A stretch of DNA of 64,000 nucleotides, from the NCBI GenBank assembly GCA_002104905.1, contig MCFE01000177.1, forward strand, positions 1-64,000, given 5' to 3'. A program made the position numbers and the translations under genes. The notes below the pieces were generated by a model. It had not been told where the DNA came from and searched no databases. It was given only the letters and a program-made list of their open reading frames with translations. This stretch comes from Basidiobolus meristosporus CBS 931.73. Lineage: Eukaryota; Fungi; Basidiobolomycota. The stretch's first letter is position 1; each line of letters starts with the position of its first letter. Below are positions 1 to 15,982 of this stretch, piece after piece.

Positions 1-1219
1 AGACCCGTGAGATCATTGCATTCGTGCTTCTCGCAGATACCGGCGAGGTGCGAGGAAATTCCAGTTGGCATTGGGCTCAAAGGGCGATGAATGTGTAGAG
101 ATGCGACTTAACTACCTTGTCAAAAGGCTTGTGTGGATTAATCAACGCACCGAATTTGTTTAGCTCTCATCAGCAACCCCATGCATTTAAATAGCTCTGG
201 AAACTTTCTTGCGGTAGAAACAATCATTTTGAAACGTCAACACGAAATGATGATTAAAAATAGCCGGATCCCAGCAACAATCTCATCCAGTTAAATCATT
301 ATAAATAGCTATTCAAGCACGAGCGAGCCAATTGTGCGTCGATCTAGTAGCAATCTGGTATCAGTCAAACAAGTGTACAATCGAGCTCTGGTCCATGCTC
401 TGCTCGCGTCTTAATGTTCATATTGATATGGGCATCGAGACCGGAAGCGGTGTCGATTTGTTTGGGATTTGTTGATTGTAGCGAAACCAATGATGGGGGT
501 GACAATACGTGGACCATCTTCGTATTGCCTAACTATCATCACACCGTTGCATTGTCCACCAGCCTAAGCATTAACCTCGCCCAGTCATAAACCCTCCGCT
601 ATTTGAACAATGCATTCGTTGCCATGCCCAATGCTGAACGGTCCGTTGGACATCACTTGGCGCTAACAGCACCGAATTCCCCGAGATCATGATTGGCATC
701 AGACACTTGAGCGCATCGCACACACTAGATCAACCGTCAAGCTGATGGCATCAGCAGGCGGGCAAGATGGCTGAGGGCAGCAGCGAGAACTCGCGATTGA
801 AGGGATTGCTGAGACCAGCACACCAATGTTCCGTGATTTTAATTTATTTTAGGTTGATTGCCAAGATCTAATTAGTGAAGGTTCGCCTAGGTGCTAAGAC
901 TATTTGGCACACCGTAGAAGGGGTGGTCGGGAGTGTGTGGCAAACATCGTTGGACGGATTCATTCCCAATTCAAGTGTCAGCGACTTGAGGCATGAAACC
1001 GACGCGCTTGCTCAGAAATAAAAACGTGACTTAAGTATACGGATGGTTTATACAATGCTTGACGAGTGGGGCAATACATTAATTCGATGTTTGACGCTAT
1101 AAGGGGAACGTCATTTCCCAGGAAATTGATCTAATTCCTTAAAATAATACTCACATAAGGGCACAGCGATGACGAACAGTATTGGCGATCGCCTCAAATC
1201 CTGGGCTCTGCTTATTCCG

Positions 1220-2762
1220 CTAGATAACCTGCACACCCGCTATCGACCGTGACACAGAACGTGGAATTGCGTGTGGATGATGCGCAGTTGGTCGCCTTAT
1301 GACGGAAAACGCGATCAAGCCGATGGTAAATGCGGCCAATGAGCCCAACAAAAACCAAGCAAGACCATCGTCGGATGGCCTTGACCGAGCTCTTCGAGCT
1401 TTACGCTTCTTTCTGTGCCTCCTTCTGTTCTTGGTGGACTTGCGCTCTTCCTCCGATGATTCGCTTTCTTCCGAATCCTCGTAGTCCTCAGAACACGAAT
1501 CTTCGGTGGAGTCAGAGGGTGGGGGCGAGGGTGGGCGTCTCTTGGATTTGGGGGTGGTGGAGGAGCGTTGGGTGGGTTTCCTCCGAATCTCCTCTACCTT
1601 GGTCGGTGCGACTGGCTCCTCCTTTTTGTAGTTCACTAACGCCTCCGGTAGCTTGAGCTTAGGGTCCAGCTTGATTGCGCTCTGTATCATGCTCATGGCC
1701 TCGTCGAGGTTCTTCGTGGTACCAACGCCATTCAAATACAGGATGCCGGCATTGTACAAAGATTGGGCATGTCCAGCTGCCGCAGACTGTTTCCAGTACT
1801 CAAGGGCGAGCGTAGGGTTTGCAGCGATGCCCCCACCACCTTCCAAGTAAATCAAGCCAGCTCTGAAAGCTGAGTTGACAAAAAAGGCATACGAGCTTCT
1901 GACTTGGCTGGAGCGAGCGCCAGCTTTGGTTAGCTTGAGAGAAGGATATGCTAGATCCATGGCGATCTTGAAATACTTGATGGCCTCATTGTAAGATTTC
2001 TCAACGCCATGGCCGTTGGAGTAGGAAGTACCAACAATATAGCATGCTTCAGCATTTCCGTTTTTAGCTGCTTGCAAGTGCCAGTAAAAGGACTTCTCCA
2101 CATTTCGGTCGACCACTACAATGGAGCTTTTCTCTTTGCCAATTTCGTACATAGCAGCCAACTTCAACTGGGAAGAAATCTGGCCATTTCTTGCTGCTGA
2201 TGTGTAGTATTTGAACGCCTTGGTTGGACTAGTGCTTTCATGCATTTTGCCCAGATAGAATTGAGAGGTTACGTCTATTTCTTTGTCATCAGTCGTGGGC
2301 TCGATCACCACTACAGGCCAGTCTATACCGCGAACCAATTTTTCCAAATGTAGGGTTAAAAGTTGATGCGCTGGAGCTAAGCTTGTATCTACCAGATCGG
2401 AATCTAAAGCAGGCTCTATTTCCCAAAGAGAGTCACTTCTACGTATTTGCGCGTACAACTTTCCCTATAAATTAGTGCAAGTTAGCAAATAGGAGCTCAG
2501 ACAAGATCTCTCGGGCTTTCGAAGAGAGAGATGGGGTTGAACGCAGATGAACAGCCGCTAGTAAAAGTAAAGCAACCTTCCAGCCTACCTTGATAATGGG
2601 CTCGGCTCCTCGTAGACCTGCCTGGATCTTCTCTGTGCAAAATTCGATTATAGCATCTCGAGAGCGAAAGGTCTTGGGGACTAGAAAAGAAACAGAAATC
2701 TGGTCATCTGTCTGCGACCATATATATGAACTTGGGTCACCAAGAATCTTGTTCGATGGCAT
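1220..2762 (-). CDS. CS (p23/NudC-like) domain + Sel1-repeat protein with C-terminal transmembrane segment, 2 exons, ~472 aa
   Basis: Exon1 2762-2589 (YIWSQTDDQISVSFLVP, CS-domain start), intron 2588-2465 (GTAGG...CTAAT...TAG), exon2 2464-1220 joins in frame as EPIIK|GKLYAQIRRSDSLWEIE. Sel1-like motifs A..GN.EA.Y.VG..Y.NG.GV.K and AGHAQSLYNAGILYLNGVG, then acidic and basic tracts and hydrophobic LAWFLLGSLAAFTIGLIAFSVI. Confidence 0.85.
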
Positions 2763-3833
2763 AATTACTTAGGTCAAAGTAACCAACGAAAAAAATTCCA
2801 TATCCCAGAAAGCAACCCTTAGAACGCTTTCCTTATCCCCCGATTGAGTGATTTACCCCCTCTTACATCCCCCCCACAAATCAGACCGTTTCCTCTGATT
2901 CTTCATCGTAATCCAATGCAGACCTCCCCTGAAATTCATTTGTGTGTAACATTCGCCATAGGCAAATATGAAAGATTTTTCTGTGGAGATCAATATTTTG
3001 TCGGCCACCAGCGACAAAGTTTATTTCTCATGGAATCCCACTCAGTTGTTGGGACATCCAACGGTATTTGGTTACATGAGTCCTCAATTGGGTGATTTCC
3101 CAGAACTGGATTCCCCCTCCAATTAATCGCTCGAGGCCAATGATGACCGGCTTTGATCACGTTCGAACAGCGTCGACGAGCAGGGAAAGGGGGCGTGGAT
3201 GATCCGTAGTCCAAACAACTGTGCGATCAGTTATTCATGGATGTGGAAGACGACGGACGGGACGGTTCATCCTGGTGGTGCGTATGGGACCCTACTCCTG
3301 ACTGAGTTCGAGGGCAGATGCAACCTGTGGGAAATCTCCGACTCAACCACGAGAAGGCCAAGGTGGTTGATCATCCGCTGATTTCTTATTTTCTTGCGAT
3401 CCGCCTTGACTAAACTGACCTCCAACCTCACAACTCTGCCAAAACACCTGTAATGACATGGGGATGCCCATGTGTGATGACGGGACTAGCATCGAAACTA
3501 TGCATTGCTAGTGCCGCTTGGATGTGTCGACGTATTGGTGAACGAGGCAATATCTTACTAACGGCGCATAGTATGTGTATTCACTTGGCCAGTATTGTCG
3601 ACAATCCGTGCTAGTATCTGTTCAATAGAGCCAAAGAATCACTGTGGGTGGCTTGTAGATGCAGACGATAAAGGTCCACGTTGAAGGTATATTAGAGAAT
3701 GCTTTTGCACGTAATGGGTCAAAATTTCCTAATTGGAGGACAGGCTTTTCATGATGGTGATGGATAATTCTAACGGGTGAGGTTGGAGTGTTGAGTAGTA
3801 TGCATTGCTGGAGCAACAGGCGCTCCCGCGCCG

Positions 3834-6028
<2,195 letters not shown>

Positions 6029-9000
6029 GTTGGGCGGAATTACAGTGTTCGGATAATGGTAGTGTGGCTAAGAAGGGAGGTCGGGAGTGGGACAGAGCAG
6101 GAGCGAAGCGAGTGGACAGGACAAAACGCTATACAGATTCAATGGAGTACAAGGATGAGCTGAAAGACGCACGGTGGCAAACAATCAATTGTAGGAAGAT
6201 ATAAGGAACATGCAAGAGTATACAGACTCGTTATTTCCGATGAAGACAGTGCGATGAAGTTTATTTATATGATCATCGTATCTCTACTGCTCAAATAGGC
6301 AGGCGATAGATATATATATCAATCTGTACATACTCTCTGACTGATTTGATCCCAAGATGAGAAGTATCACAAGACTGATTACCAGGGTAACTGCACAACA
6401 TTCGGGCTCAATGCGAGTGACTCCTCTAGATTGAGCCTCGGTCAATCCTGGGTTTTTAATAGCACGAACTCTATTGATACCGTAACTACAACATCCCGTC
6501 GTCGGTTCAAAGAAAGAAAGATGGCGTTTATTGGGCTATAGGGATCTCGAAGTTTTAGCCTTGCAGTAGTTGTCGTGCTGGAAGCCTAACCTCTCGCCGA
6601 TACAGAGCAGTCTAGACTGTTGTTTACCATGATAGTCAGGGTTTACACGAAAAGAATGGCTGAGGTTTTGAGACTTTCATGTGATGATGCACAAAGTCGG
6701 ATCAAGATCAGGAGAGGCATAGTACGTATCTGAAACATGCAAACCTATGAATACGGCATATGATGAATTGGTATTGAGGCTTTTCTGGTGCATGAGATCA
6801 CGAGGAGATTTCCTGGTTCACAGGACAAAAGGTGGTTTCATCACCCTCATGTCCCAGATCTGGTCACCGCCAGGGATCCCATTGGCACCCGCGGCCTACC
6901 ATTTGCAAATGACCAGTGTGGGAATGAAAGTTACTGAACGCATCCAAGGACTGCCCACAACCTCAGTGCTAACCATAAAAGAGATGATCCCTCTTTATCC
7001 CCGATCCCATTGTTTATGTCACTGGGTGCTGATGGGAAGGCGTCGCTCACTCCCAGATGGCTGTGTTGGCCCATGAGTTGTGCACGAAATATATTGCGTA
7101 TGACCTTGTCCATTGTCACTTCCGGACCCTCTATATCGTCGCCAGTGGCTCCGTCGCAACCAATGGAATCCATTGACCGTAGACTACAAAGATGGTGATT
7201 TGAAAGCACATGTGATAGTTGCACGGGAATCGAGGGAGACGGGTGTATGGGGGCTTTGAGGTGAAAAGGGAGCAACATGGCTATGGACAGAGGCGATTCT
7301 TATTTATGGACAGTCGGCATTGATACGGCAGTCAAGCACAGTCACTTCCGTGGAGGTCCAACTTAAGTATAAGATGGATCCACAGTGAGCGTATACCGCA
7401 TGCCCACACATTGGGGAGGTTGACACCAGAGGCTTTCTACCAAGAGTACAATCTCCAGCAAAATATTAATTCGATGTGCAGGCTTACCTCCTGGTATACA
7501 GAACGTTTGCAATTCAGAGCCAAGTTGGGACCAAAGCCGCCGCTGTATCTGAGTTTCCGGGATATTAATTGGCTTTTATTCATATCAACCTTATCCACAA
7601 TTTGAGCGATGATGCTACGTACTGGCGCGATGACATCACATGGGATCTCGGTTACAGTGGCATTCCCATGGCGAGTCTGGAATAGGATCTTGTCCTGGGA
7701 GAGAGTCAGCAGCCAACACACTGGTTAGTGACTGCAGTCAGTTGAACCACAAGTTAAGGAGATGAATAGGGACTTGGTCGCACCCTATCGGCTTATCCCT
7801 GGCGCGGGCAATCACATGAGTGTCTCCTGTCCAGTATCCTGGGATGTGCCCCAGAAGTGCAATGGGAGCGATATTATTGACTCATTTAACGGGTTGGTGG
7901 TGAGGATGCCTGGCTGCTATATATTTATTAATGTGGCTGTATGGCAGTTATTAACCTTTTCAGCCATTAATGGGTCTAGATGGCTATTCGTATGTATGGC
8001 TTCCAATAATTCACATTCATTAGCAATTCTGGAGGATGTGTGCTCAACAGTTTGCAGGCCTATGAGTGCATCTGCAATAAAGGGCTACTTTAGCAGCGTA
8101 TGCGGGATCCGAGTTCTTGATATACCAATGAATTCGGAAATCATCATCGTATGTCGAATGCATATTAAATGCAATGTATTTCTGAAGAGATTATTGCCGG
8201 GTTGCAGACTAATATTACATTTTGGAGTTAGGATGGCACACGTTTCTCCCTTTGGGGCAGCTTGATACCCCACACGATATGTTTTACTCCTTATTTTTCT
8301 CGTTTTGAAAGAATTATCAATCAGCTTTTGGATATCGCGTCCGCACGAAAGTGTCGGCAATCTAACTACTTCGGCCAGATTCTGAGTCCACAAGGGATGA
8401 GCCAGACAAGAAAGGAGGTTTTCAGACACGTACCGGAAATGCACTACCTAATAATGCAGTATATGTAAGCTCTTTGTCCAAGGCTCCCCCCTTTGACCGG
8501 GTTGTACTTACTTCCATAACAGACAGCGAGTACCCGACATAATTGTTTTTCTACCTAAAAGAGAAATTTCATATATCCTGAGAGACTTGAAACTCCGCAT
8601 GTTTCATGGCCTAGATAAGCAGCCGTTTCATGGATACTAACTGCGTCTCGGGCTTCGCCATGATGAGATGGCTTGGACTCAGAGTTCGGGATGTTCAATG
8701 GTAGATTGCTACATCTGTCGATAGCAGGGTTCATTAGCCCCAAACCCTTCAACCATCTGTATATTCAATGAGTGATATTGAGATTTGACTTCACAAATGG
8801 TTTGAATGGATCTGTTAATAAAGGCGATATCCAAATTCATTCCACTCCGGATTCATATCAGGTCACTGGCATTTCGGAGTTTATGCAGCGTATGTCCCTA
8901 ATAGTATACATATCCAGACACTCTAAATGGATCAGGCTAGTTGTGTATCCTATTTTCCCATCGACACAATATAATGAACCGATGACCTACTCCAACAGTG

Positions 9001-9526
9001 GCATGCTTGCCTTGAGAGAGAGCGCTCACTTTGCACTTGCCAGGGATCGAAGGCCCGCAACAGTAGACTCGAACTTTCTGCATGCAATAAGTGTGTGGTA
9101 GCGTTTTTGCACGTTTCAAGTAAAGTGCTCATTTCGTACTTCCAGGATCCATTGAGCATCAACCCTATATTACGCCTGTCCATTCACAATTGAATACAGA
9201 TTGGAATCTGGAAAAATCTCCTCATCTGTACGAATAATGCTTGGGGTTTCAGCTTGCATGACTCTTTGATTATCCAGCAAGAAGACCACTTGATCTATAT
9301 ACCGTGGGGGGCGATTGACTTATACTAACTGGTTAAGGAACAGGTTCCAGGTTAGTATAGCCACAAAGATAATGTCATGTATAACGAGCTCCGGTTGGGA
9401 TCATTTCTGATGGCATAAAAAGACGAGGTTGAGGCTGTGGAGAAATCAAATTTTAGGGTTGAAGCAGTTTCCCTCTAATATTCCTCTGTTCCTTCTTTAG
9501 ATTTAGAATAGACCTTCGCACCTTCA

Positions 9527-10586
9527 ATGCCTTTGAACGTTCTGAAAGTAAAGATTTACGTGCCCCAAGAAACGATCAATCTTTTCGGAAGCCCTGAAGA
9601 ATCGAACGGCAGCGTACTGAGAGGAGCCGTTTTAATCAAAGCTTGTAAAGCTACTAAAATTCACCTGCTAACCATAGGATTTGATGGCTGGACCACGTCC
9701 AACGGACCATTAGGTAAGCTTCTACACGCTTGGATTGGGGGAAAACCCCCAACATTGGCATTTCGTTGACATATGCTTCTGTTTAGCCTCTCGGGCTTTT
9801 GGAAAATCCAAGAAGTCCTTGATTAGCAGCCAAATGAGTCTCCTGGAGCCAGAAGGTAGTCCACGGCACCTCCATAAAGGGATCCACTCCTTTCCATTTG
9901 AGTTCGCCATCGATGGAATGTCACTAGAAACAGTACGCACCCGGTACTTCAAAACCAAATATTTCCTGACGGCACACGTCAAACGGCCCAAGTTCCCCGT
10001 CATAACCTCAGCATGCGAGGTTCCCCTGAATCGGCTACCGTTGGAGATTCCGCTGGGGGAGACGGGGTTCATCTCAATCCAAGAAAACTGGGAAAGCTAT
10101 ATTAAGTACAAGATCCAATCCAACAAGAACACCTATCATGTGGATGACTTTATTACGCTTAATTATACGTTTCGCCCGCTTCTGGATAGTTTGGAAGTGA
10201 GCACTATTTATCATTACCTGGTAGAGTACGTGACCTACTACAAGCAAAAGAGTGGCCCCTCAACGACCAAGGAGCGTACCATCCTGCTGCGTACATGCCA
10301 GATCAATCACCGGCTGGAAGGGGAATCGTTTGTGCTCACTCGACCAGAGTACATTCCCAGCCCTCAGCCAGATGTAGAGAACGAGCACGTCCAAATCAAG
10401 CACAAGCTTCATATGGTGTTCGTTCTGAAATGCGGGGATATTCAAAACTCCATGACGGTTACCACTCCGATCCACCTAATAAATGGAAACGAGTCGCCAG
10501 GCTACCTGCCAACCTACCAGGAATCCCAGATGGCCGGCGCGGATTACGTACCACCGCCCTCCTATCACAACCTTGTGCACAACTAA
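9527..10586 (+). CDS. Alpha-arrestin (arrestin-related trafficking adaptor), 2 exons, 328 aa
   Basis: Exon1 9527-9713, intron 9714-9786 (GTAAG...TTTAG), exon2 9787-10586. GSPEESNGSVLRGAV, HSFPFEFAI, KYFLTAHVKRP, IQIKHKL-type C-terminal strands; PY motifs LPTY and PPPSY. Confidence 0.88.
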
Positions 10587-13084
10587 AAAAGCTCAGCGGC
10601 GAAAGATTTTGACTAGTTCATCGGCAGCTGACTATTTTGATTCCATCATATATCTTTGTATTGAGTATGATAACCTAATTTCTGGTCTCTGCCCACCTGT
10701 ATCCAACTGCCTAATTGCTCACCTCCTTCTCGGTTTGGGAAAAGATCGGATTCTTTTTGGGACCTTCACACACGCGCACGCATATATATACATATCTTTC
10801 CTTGCGTCAGTTAATCCTCGTGTTATTTTCCATAATCCGTGGGGAAGACAACGTCCCACATAATTTAATATTTATCCCTGCTCATTTGCCCAAGGGGACA
10901 CGCCAAGGAGTCGTCGAGCTCAGGTCAAGCAGCGGCCACTGCCTATTTTGATAACCATCTAAACCATCCATCCATAAAAATGCCTGTTTGAACCAGTGAA
11001 AACAAGAAGACTGTAGACGATTTGTTTCTGATCGTGTAGTGCATACATTTAGTGGCGATAGGCCCATACATGCTTAGTGAAACGGTGCTCACCGTGAATC
11101 CGCCTCTCCCACATGCACCTTGGATATAGGATTGGATCTGCTCGCAATAGAATTGAATATCACGTTGGCAATGGTGAGCCAACCAACCAACCAGATGATG
11201 GTGGGCGAAGGTTGATTTGCCTTGTCATGCGTTACATTAAGTGTCCCTGATGCACTCACCACTTCGAGGCATAAATGCCGATGTAGAGACACAAACCATG
11301 TGGACTGGACACGGAGGCTTCGACTCTTTCTGCTAGATGTGTCGAGGGATCTTGCGCTGTATCTTAGTTTTGTCAGCCAGGAACACCGGGGCCCTTCCCT
11401 CTTCACGAACTGGATTCCTCCTTCTAAGGTATGAATTATCCGCATGCGAACTAGCGCAAAGGCGCTTCTCATCAGTTTGATTTCGGATGATTATGCGATG
11501 AACCGTACGTTTCCGATCCTGTTGGGCCACAACAGTTAGCCTTGAACAGATAGAACGCCGTGGCCTTCGGAAACCCCTGGCCAATTGTATCGTATGTTTG
11601 CAATACCTGGTGTGACAGTCCATCTGGATTCCATGTTGGCAATTTGCTCTGATCATTTTCACACACACCAGAGATTTTGCACCCTGCATGTACAACGTTG
11701 GTTCACAGGCGACGGGTGTTACATCATCCAAGTGGTGGATCTCAGCCAAATCCCTTCGTCCTCACTAATTGCGGTTACATCGTTCGATCATCCAAGTAAG
11801 TTGAGGGAAATTCGGAGGTAATGGAATGGCGAGCACGATCTAAAATCCACGAAACTTGCCCGGGTCTTATAATGAAGCGGCTCAGCAGCCGGTCTCATGG
11901 TGCTACGATCGTATCTATCGGGACTCACCCACTGTGGTTTGAACGACGAAGAATTGGCTATACACTTGCTACTTTAGCCATTCAACCTAGCCACGCCATG
12001 TTCTGTAACGCGCAGTGTGCTGGATCCTGCCGTTCTAGTGTGTGAGCCTACTGAAAAATCGAACCATCATCCCTGTGTTACAAGTGCTGGGCCCTCATTA
12101 TACATTCGCCCCTATTGCTGATCTACTACCGGACAACGATACACCTGATGCCTGATCGGTACGGTTGATATTGATCCTGCTCCCCTGCCGTCAAAATCCG
12201 ATAGATCCAGTCTGGAGAATGGGAAAGTGTAGGTGCACAGATGAAGTGAGTCGCCACCAAGTTGAAGGACCAGCACATGGAACGATGAACCCGACATCTG
12301 GAAACGGGATTGTTGACCCTTCATTGGTGCCCAACACCATCGACGTTCAATCCCAACAATGCTCAGAATTCTTAATGCAATAACCCTAACACCCCATTTC
12401 TCCAGGACAAACCATCATGAACCGTCAAGCAACCCCATGATATCATCACCTTTCGTGAGTAATCCAATAGAAAGCAAACTCACCATTTGCAACCTCACGA
12501 AAACTTCTCGTACAGTTAAAAGGCTGAAAACGATTGTGGAGTAATAAACCCTGTCTCATTCAGAAAACCAGTGATTCCAGAAGATATCATAGCCCCAAAA
12601 TCATGCGGGGTTTTGCAAGGCCATTGTACAGTGGGAAGTGGGGTTCGTTGAACAAGCAAGTATCATTTCCGTCTTATCTTGATCTTCACTTTGCCAATGG
12701 GTCAGACACTCAGTTTCCAACATTCCTTAACCCACAGGATACCACTTGTAGGTGGCACCTTACCTTTGCCTTAGTAAATTAAACTAGGGTTTCTCCCAGA
12801 CAGAAAGTAATTAGGTGCAATGTTGATTGATTGCAGTAGGTCACAGTATAAAGCTGTCTACATAAACCATTTCACTTATTTTACTATTGTTTTGATCCAA
12901 TTTTTGTGCTAATGCCACATCACCGTCTTTGGTTTTCATATCACTTCAGTTAGTATGGCAATATTATGAAGTAGCTTTCACGATTTGAATACGAAGAGTG
13001 AAGATTGATGCTTATATAGCACCAGGTTCAGATTGTCCGCAATATCAAGTATACTGAATTTTCTAACATTTCTCAAGTGCATTG

Positions 13085-13380
13085 ATACTATTTTAAGTTT
13101 CGTATTTATACCTGAATATTTACATCAGCTTCGACACTTTTCTATGAACTTGGCTATTTAGATTCTTTGTCGAGATTTACTTGTAATAGTTTCACCAAAC
13201 CTTCAGGTAACCAAAGCCTCAAGCTTTGAGCACATGCTCTTGAAGCCTGGACAAGTATATTCTACATGATTGTAAGTGTAAATGTACGACTTCTACATTC
13301 AATGCATCATCATGTGAAAACCACGCAATCTACTAGCCCTCCCAATCACTGTAAATAACTTATGACATTCATCTACAATC
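13085..13380 (+). mobile_element. Diverged solo LTR related to the Copia LTRs at 21318 and 24142
   Basis: Collinear blocks shared with 21318-21667: CCTGAATATT, GATTTACT, TTTCACCAAA, CAGGTAACCA, CACATGCTCTTG, TATTCTACAT, ACTTCTACATTCAAT, AAAACCAC, CCTCCCAA. Edges approximate. Confidence 0.5.
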
Positions 13381-13564
13381 TCTTTTAGGGTTGTGGGAAC
13401 ACAAAATAGACTGAAATTTTCAAGACGCCTCAACCAAATCTTTACGCGGATCCTTTCATGGCTTCCATCACAATGTTATATTATACTTTGCAAATCCCCA
13501 TTCATTGAAGTGGACCTTTGTTGCCATTGAATTTCACTGCCAGTGAATCACTATGAGAAAATTT

Positions 13565-13868
13565 AAGAAAAGGCCAGCAGAACACCCTCATAATATCAGC
13601 TGAATTCCAGGCTTCTCTAAACTTACAACTGTCAATATCTCAGGTACTAGCTATTTGGCAGGTCAGCAGACATGTTTTGCAGGGGGAGACTAGGCCAACT
13701 AGCATTCATACCAAATTCGGTAATCAGCTACTCACTACTTCCACGAAAAACTGCACCTAAAAATTGGAAGGAAAAACACCAGCTGAATGCCAGCAAAGCA
13801 CCATTAGAATACCAGCAGAATACCAACAGATTATCAGATGAATTCCAAGTTTGAGATTTTTCATAGGG
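13565..13868 (+). mobile_element. Subterminal region and terminus of a CACTA-like element (end fragment only)
   Basis: Homologous to 32020-32318, which directly follows CACTA transposase sequence; both end GAGATTTTT(C)ATAGGG. Confidence 0.55.
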
Positions 13869-14428
13869 AATCTTATTCTTTCTCTCCTGTCTACCGGATA
13901 GAGCTCTAAATTTCCCTACAAATGGTATAAAGTCCTGCTGAAAAAGTATACTGGTTCAAGGAGATTTGGGGCCAATGAATAGACTGTAGAAAAAGCATGA
14001 TAACAAATATCTGTCAGACTTTTATGTTTTGAAGGATCAAATTAATGCAGTACCTACAGTTGGTTAATCTGAGAAAATGGTGGCTCTGCTGGCTCCATAC
14101 TGCCATGAATTCGTAATGGAGCTAAAAATAGTGTGATATGTGTAACCGAGCGAATAGATACCAGCATCAAAATTTAATGAAAATGGACTACGGATTAGCC
14201 TAGAATAGTCGATATTTAGTCATCAAGGTAGTCGTCAATGTCAGTTTACACCAGTTGGCCATTTTGATGGCGAATGTTCTCATCATACAATTCACACCAT
14301 GTGATATCATATCAACCATGCGGAGATGGCGTAACTTTGTCGAGGCCAAAGGTGGAATTTGCGACTATGCCTAATCCAACCATTCACGATGAACTAAAAG
14401 AAGCCCACTACTACAAACGATTCTCATT

Positions 14429-14839
14429 TTATACCTGCCAGCTCACTATAGGCCGCTGCTGTTCAACCCTAATTTTCCAATCCGTCTTGGCCATGGTAAC
14501 CGTCTTGCCAAATAGGGCCTTGCCATAGTATGAATATACGCAATTGTTCTGGGCAACATCAAACTCCTGGGTGGTAGCAATGATAATAATAGGACGTACC
14601 ACCCCGTTATCGGCTGGGTACCAATGTGCAATGTGTGAGCGCGTAAGATTGTCTGAAACATTAGCAATGAGTCTTCCTTTGCCGCGAGTACTACTGATTA
14701 CACACCGGGGGCAACCAGGTAAATAACTACAAGCTCTGCAATAATTGCCTGGATGTAGGTTTGCGATGTATTCGGAGTTGTGTGGAGTAGCAGCGATAAT
14801 AGCCACGTTTACCCAAAGGTGAAATGTTATAGATGGCAT
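14429..14839 (-). CDS. Hypothetical small Cys-containing protein (136 aa)
   Basis: ATG-initiated ORF in CpG-normal DNA, weakly hydrophobic N-terminus, CxxC..PGCPRC; no family recognised. Confidence 0.22.
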   Translation of the reverse strand: MPSITFHLWVNVAIIAATPHNSEYIANLHPGNYCRACSYLPGCPRCVISSTRGKGRLIANVSDNLTRSHIAHWYPADNGVVRPIIIIATTQEFDVAQNNCVYSYYGKALFGKTVTMAKTDWKIRVEQQRPIVSWQV

Positions 14840-15982
14840 ATGATTAATTCTCTTCCATTAAACTTTGATTTGGTGACACTGATGATAATTTCCATCAGGT
14901 ATTTGCTTGAATCTTATTCTATGATGTGAATCAGAGTAATTGATTCGGCGGATCTGTAGGTTTGAGCACACTTACGGGCCGAAGTAAATGATGGAATGCT
15001 AGATCTCCTGAGAAGATCGTGGTGAATTAGAATTCGGGATCACCATTTGAAGGGACCGCAATCGCCACCTTGGGAAAGTCGCAAGCTTATGAATGGCTTA
15101 TCCAGCATTTAGAGTCATTTCACGCGGAATATGTATCAGATTCGGACTTCGCTTCTCTGTCACCCAGGCGGCCCGAATTCAAAGACTGGTCGCTGTTGTA
15201 AAGTGCTTCAGCAAATGCGCTCTAGTGGCGTCGGGCCATCCAGAGAACAGAAATAAAACAGTGTGGAAGAATAAAGGCCTGCGGAAGGATTATGCTACAT
15301 GACTATCGTGAGTATGGTAAACAGAGGAAAGATACGTTAAATATCATCCGAAGTAAAATACTGTTAATTACATGTTCGGTCAGCTATGGCAGCTGATGCA
15401 GTTCGCGGGAAAATCAAAAACTGCAATCTTATTGAAAGTGGGAATCCATTCCATATTTGGGGACATTGTCCTGGAAGCTTGGTACCACTCCCTGAAGTAT
15501 TTAGTCACAGCTCAGAATCTTAAATGAAAGTAGACTTGATTTTGTGGGCAGAAGATCAAAACGGAGCAATGAATTTTTGGCCGAACGTCCTATTTTGGCA
15601 ATTCGATCCTGAATCCTTTTCTTCCAGCCTAAATAAGCATCTGCTATGCGGTCTCTTTGGGGAGGACTGATTGGTTGCGTTATGATGTATATAGGAGTTT
15701 GACGGGTCTGTCAGAAATTTGCTGTTACGCTGGATCCCAAATATAAATAAAAAAGATGGGCAGAATCTAGACAATGCTTCTTTTTTTGGTGACCACTCAT
15801 CTTGATCTTGCCTTCCATCAGCAAAGCTGGCCAACCAGAGCTAGAAGAATCCAGGCCATAATTAATATTTTGTGGTTGGACTTGTACCACGTTTGAAAAC
15901 GGCATGCAAACACCATGGTTAGCAAGTATATAAGGTATGCATACTACTCCATGTCCCCCTACTAGACTTGTCTTCATAAATC

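Noticed and set aside
1-1200. Possible gene fragment at the window start
   Set aside because: Only short frames with stops; nothing identifiable.
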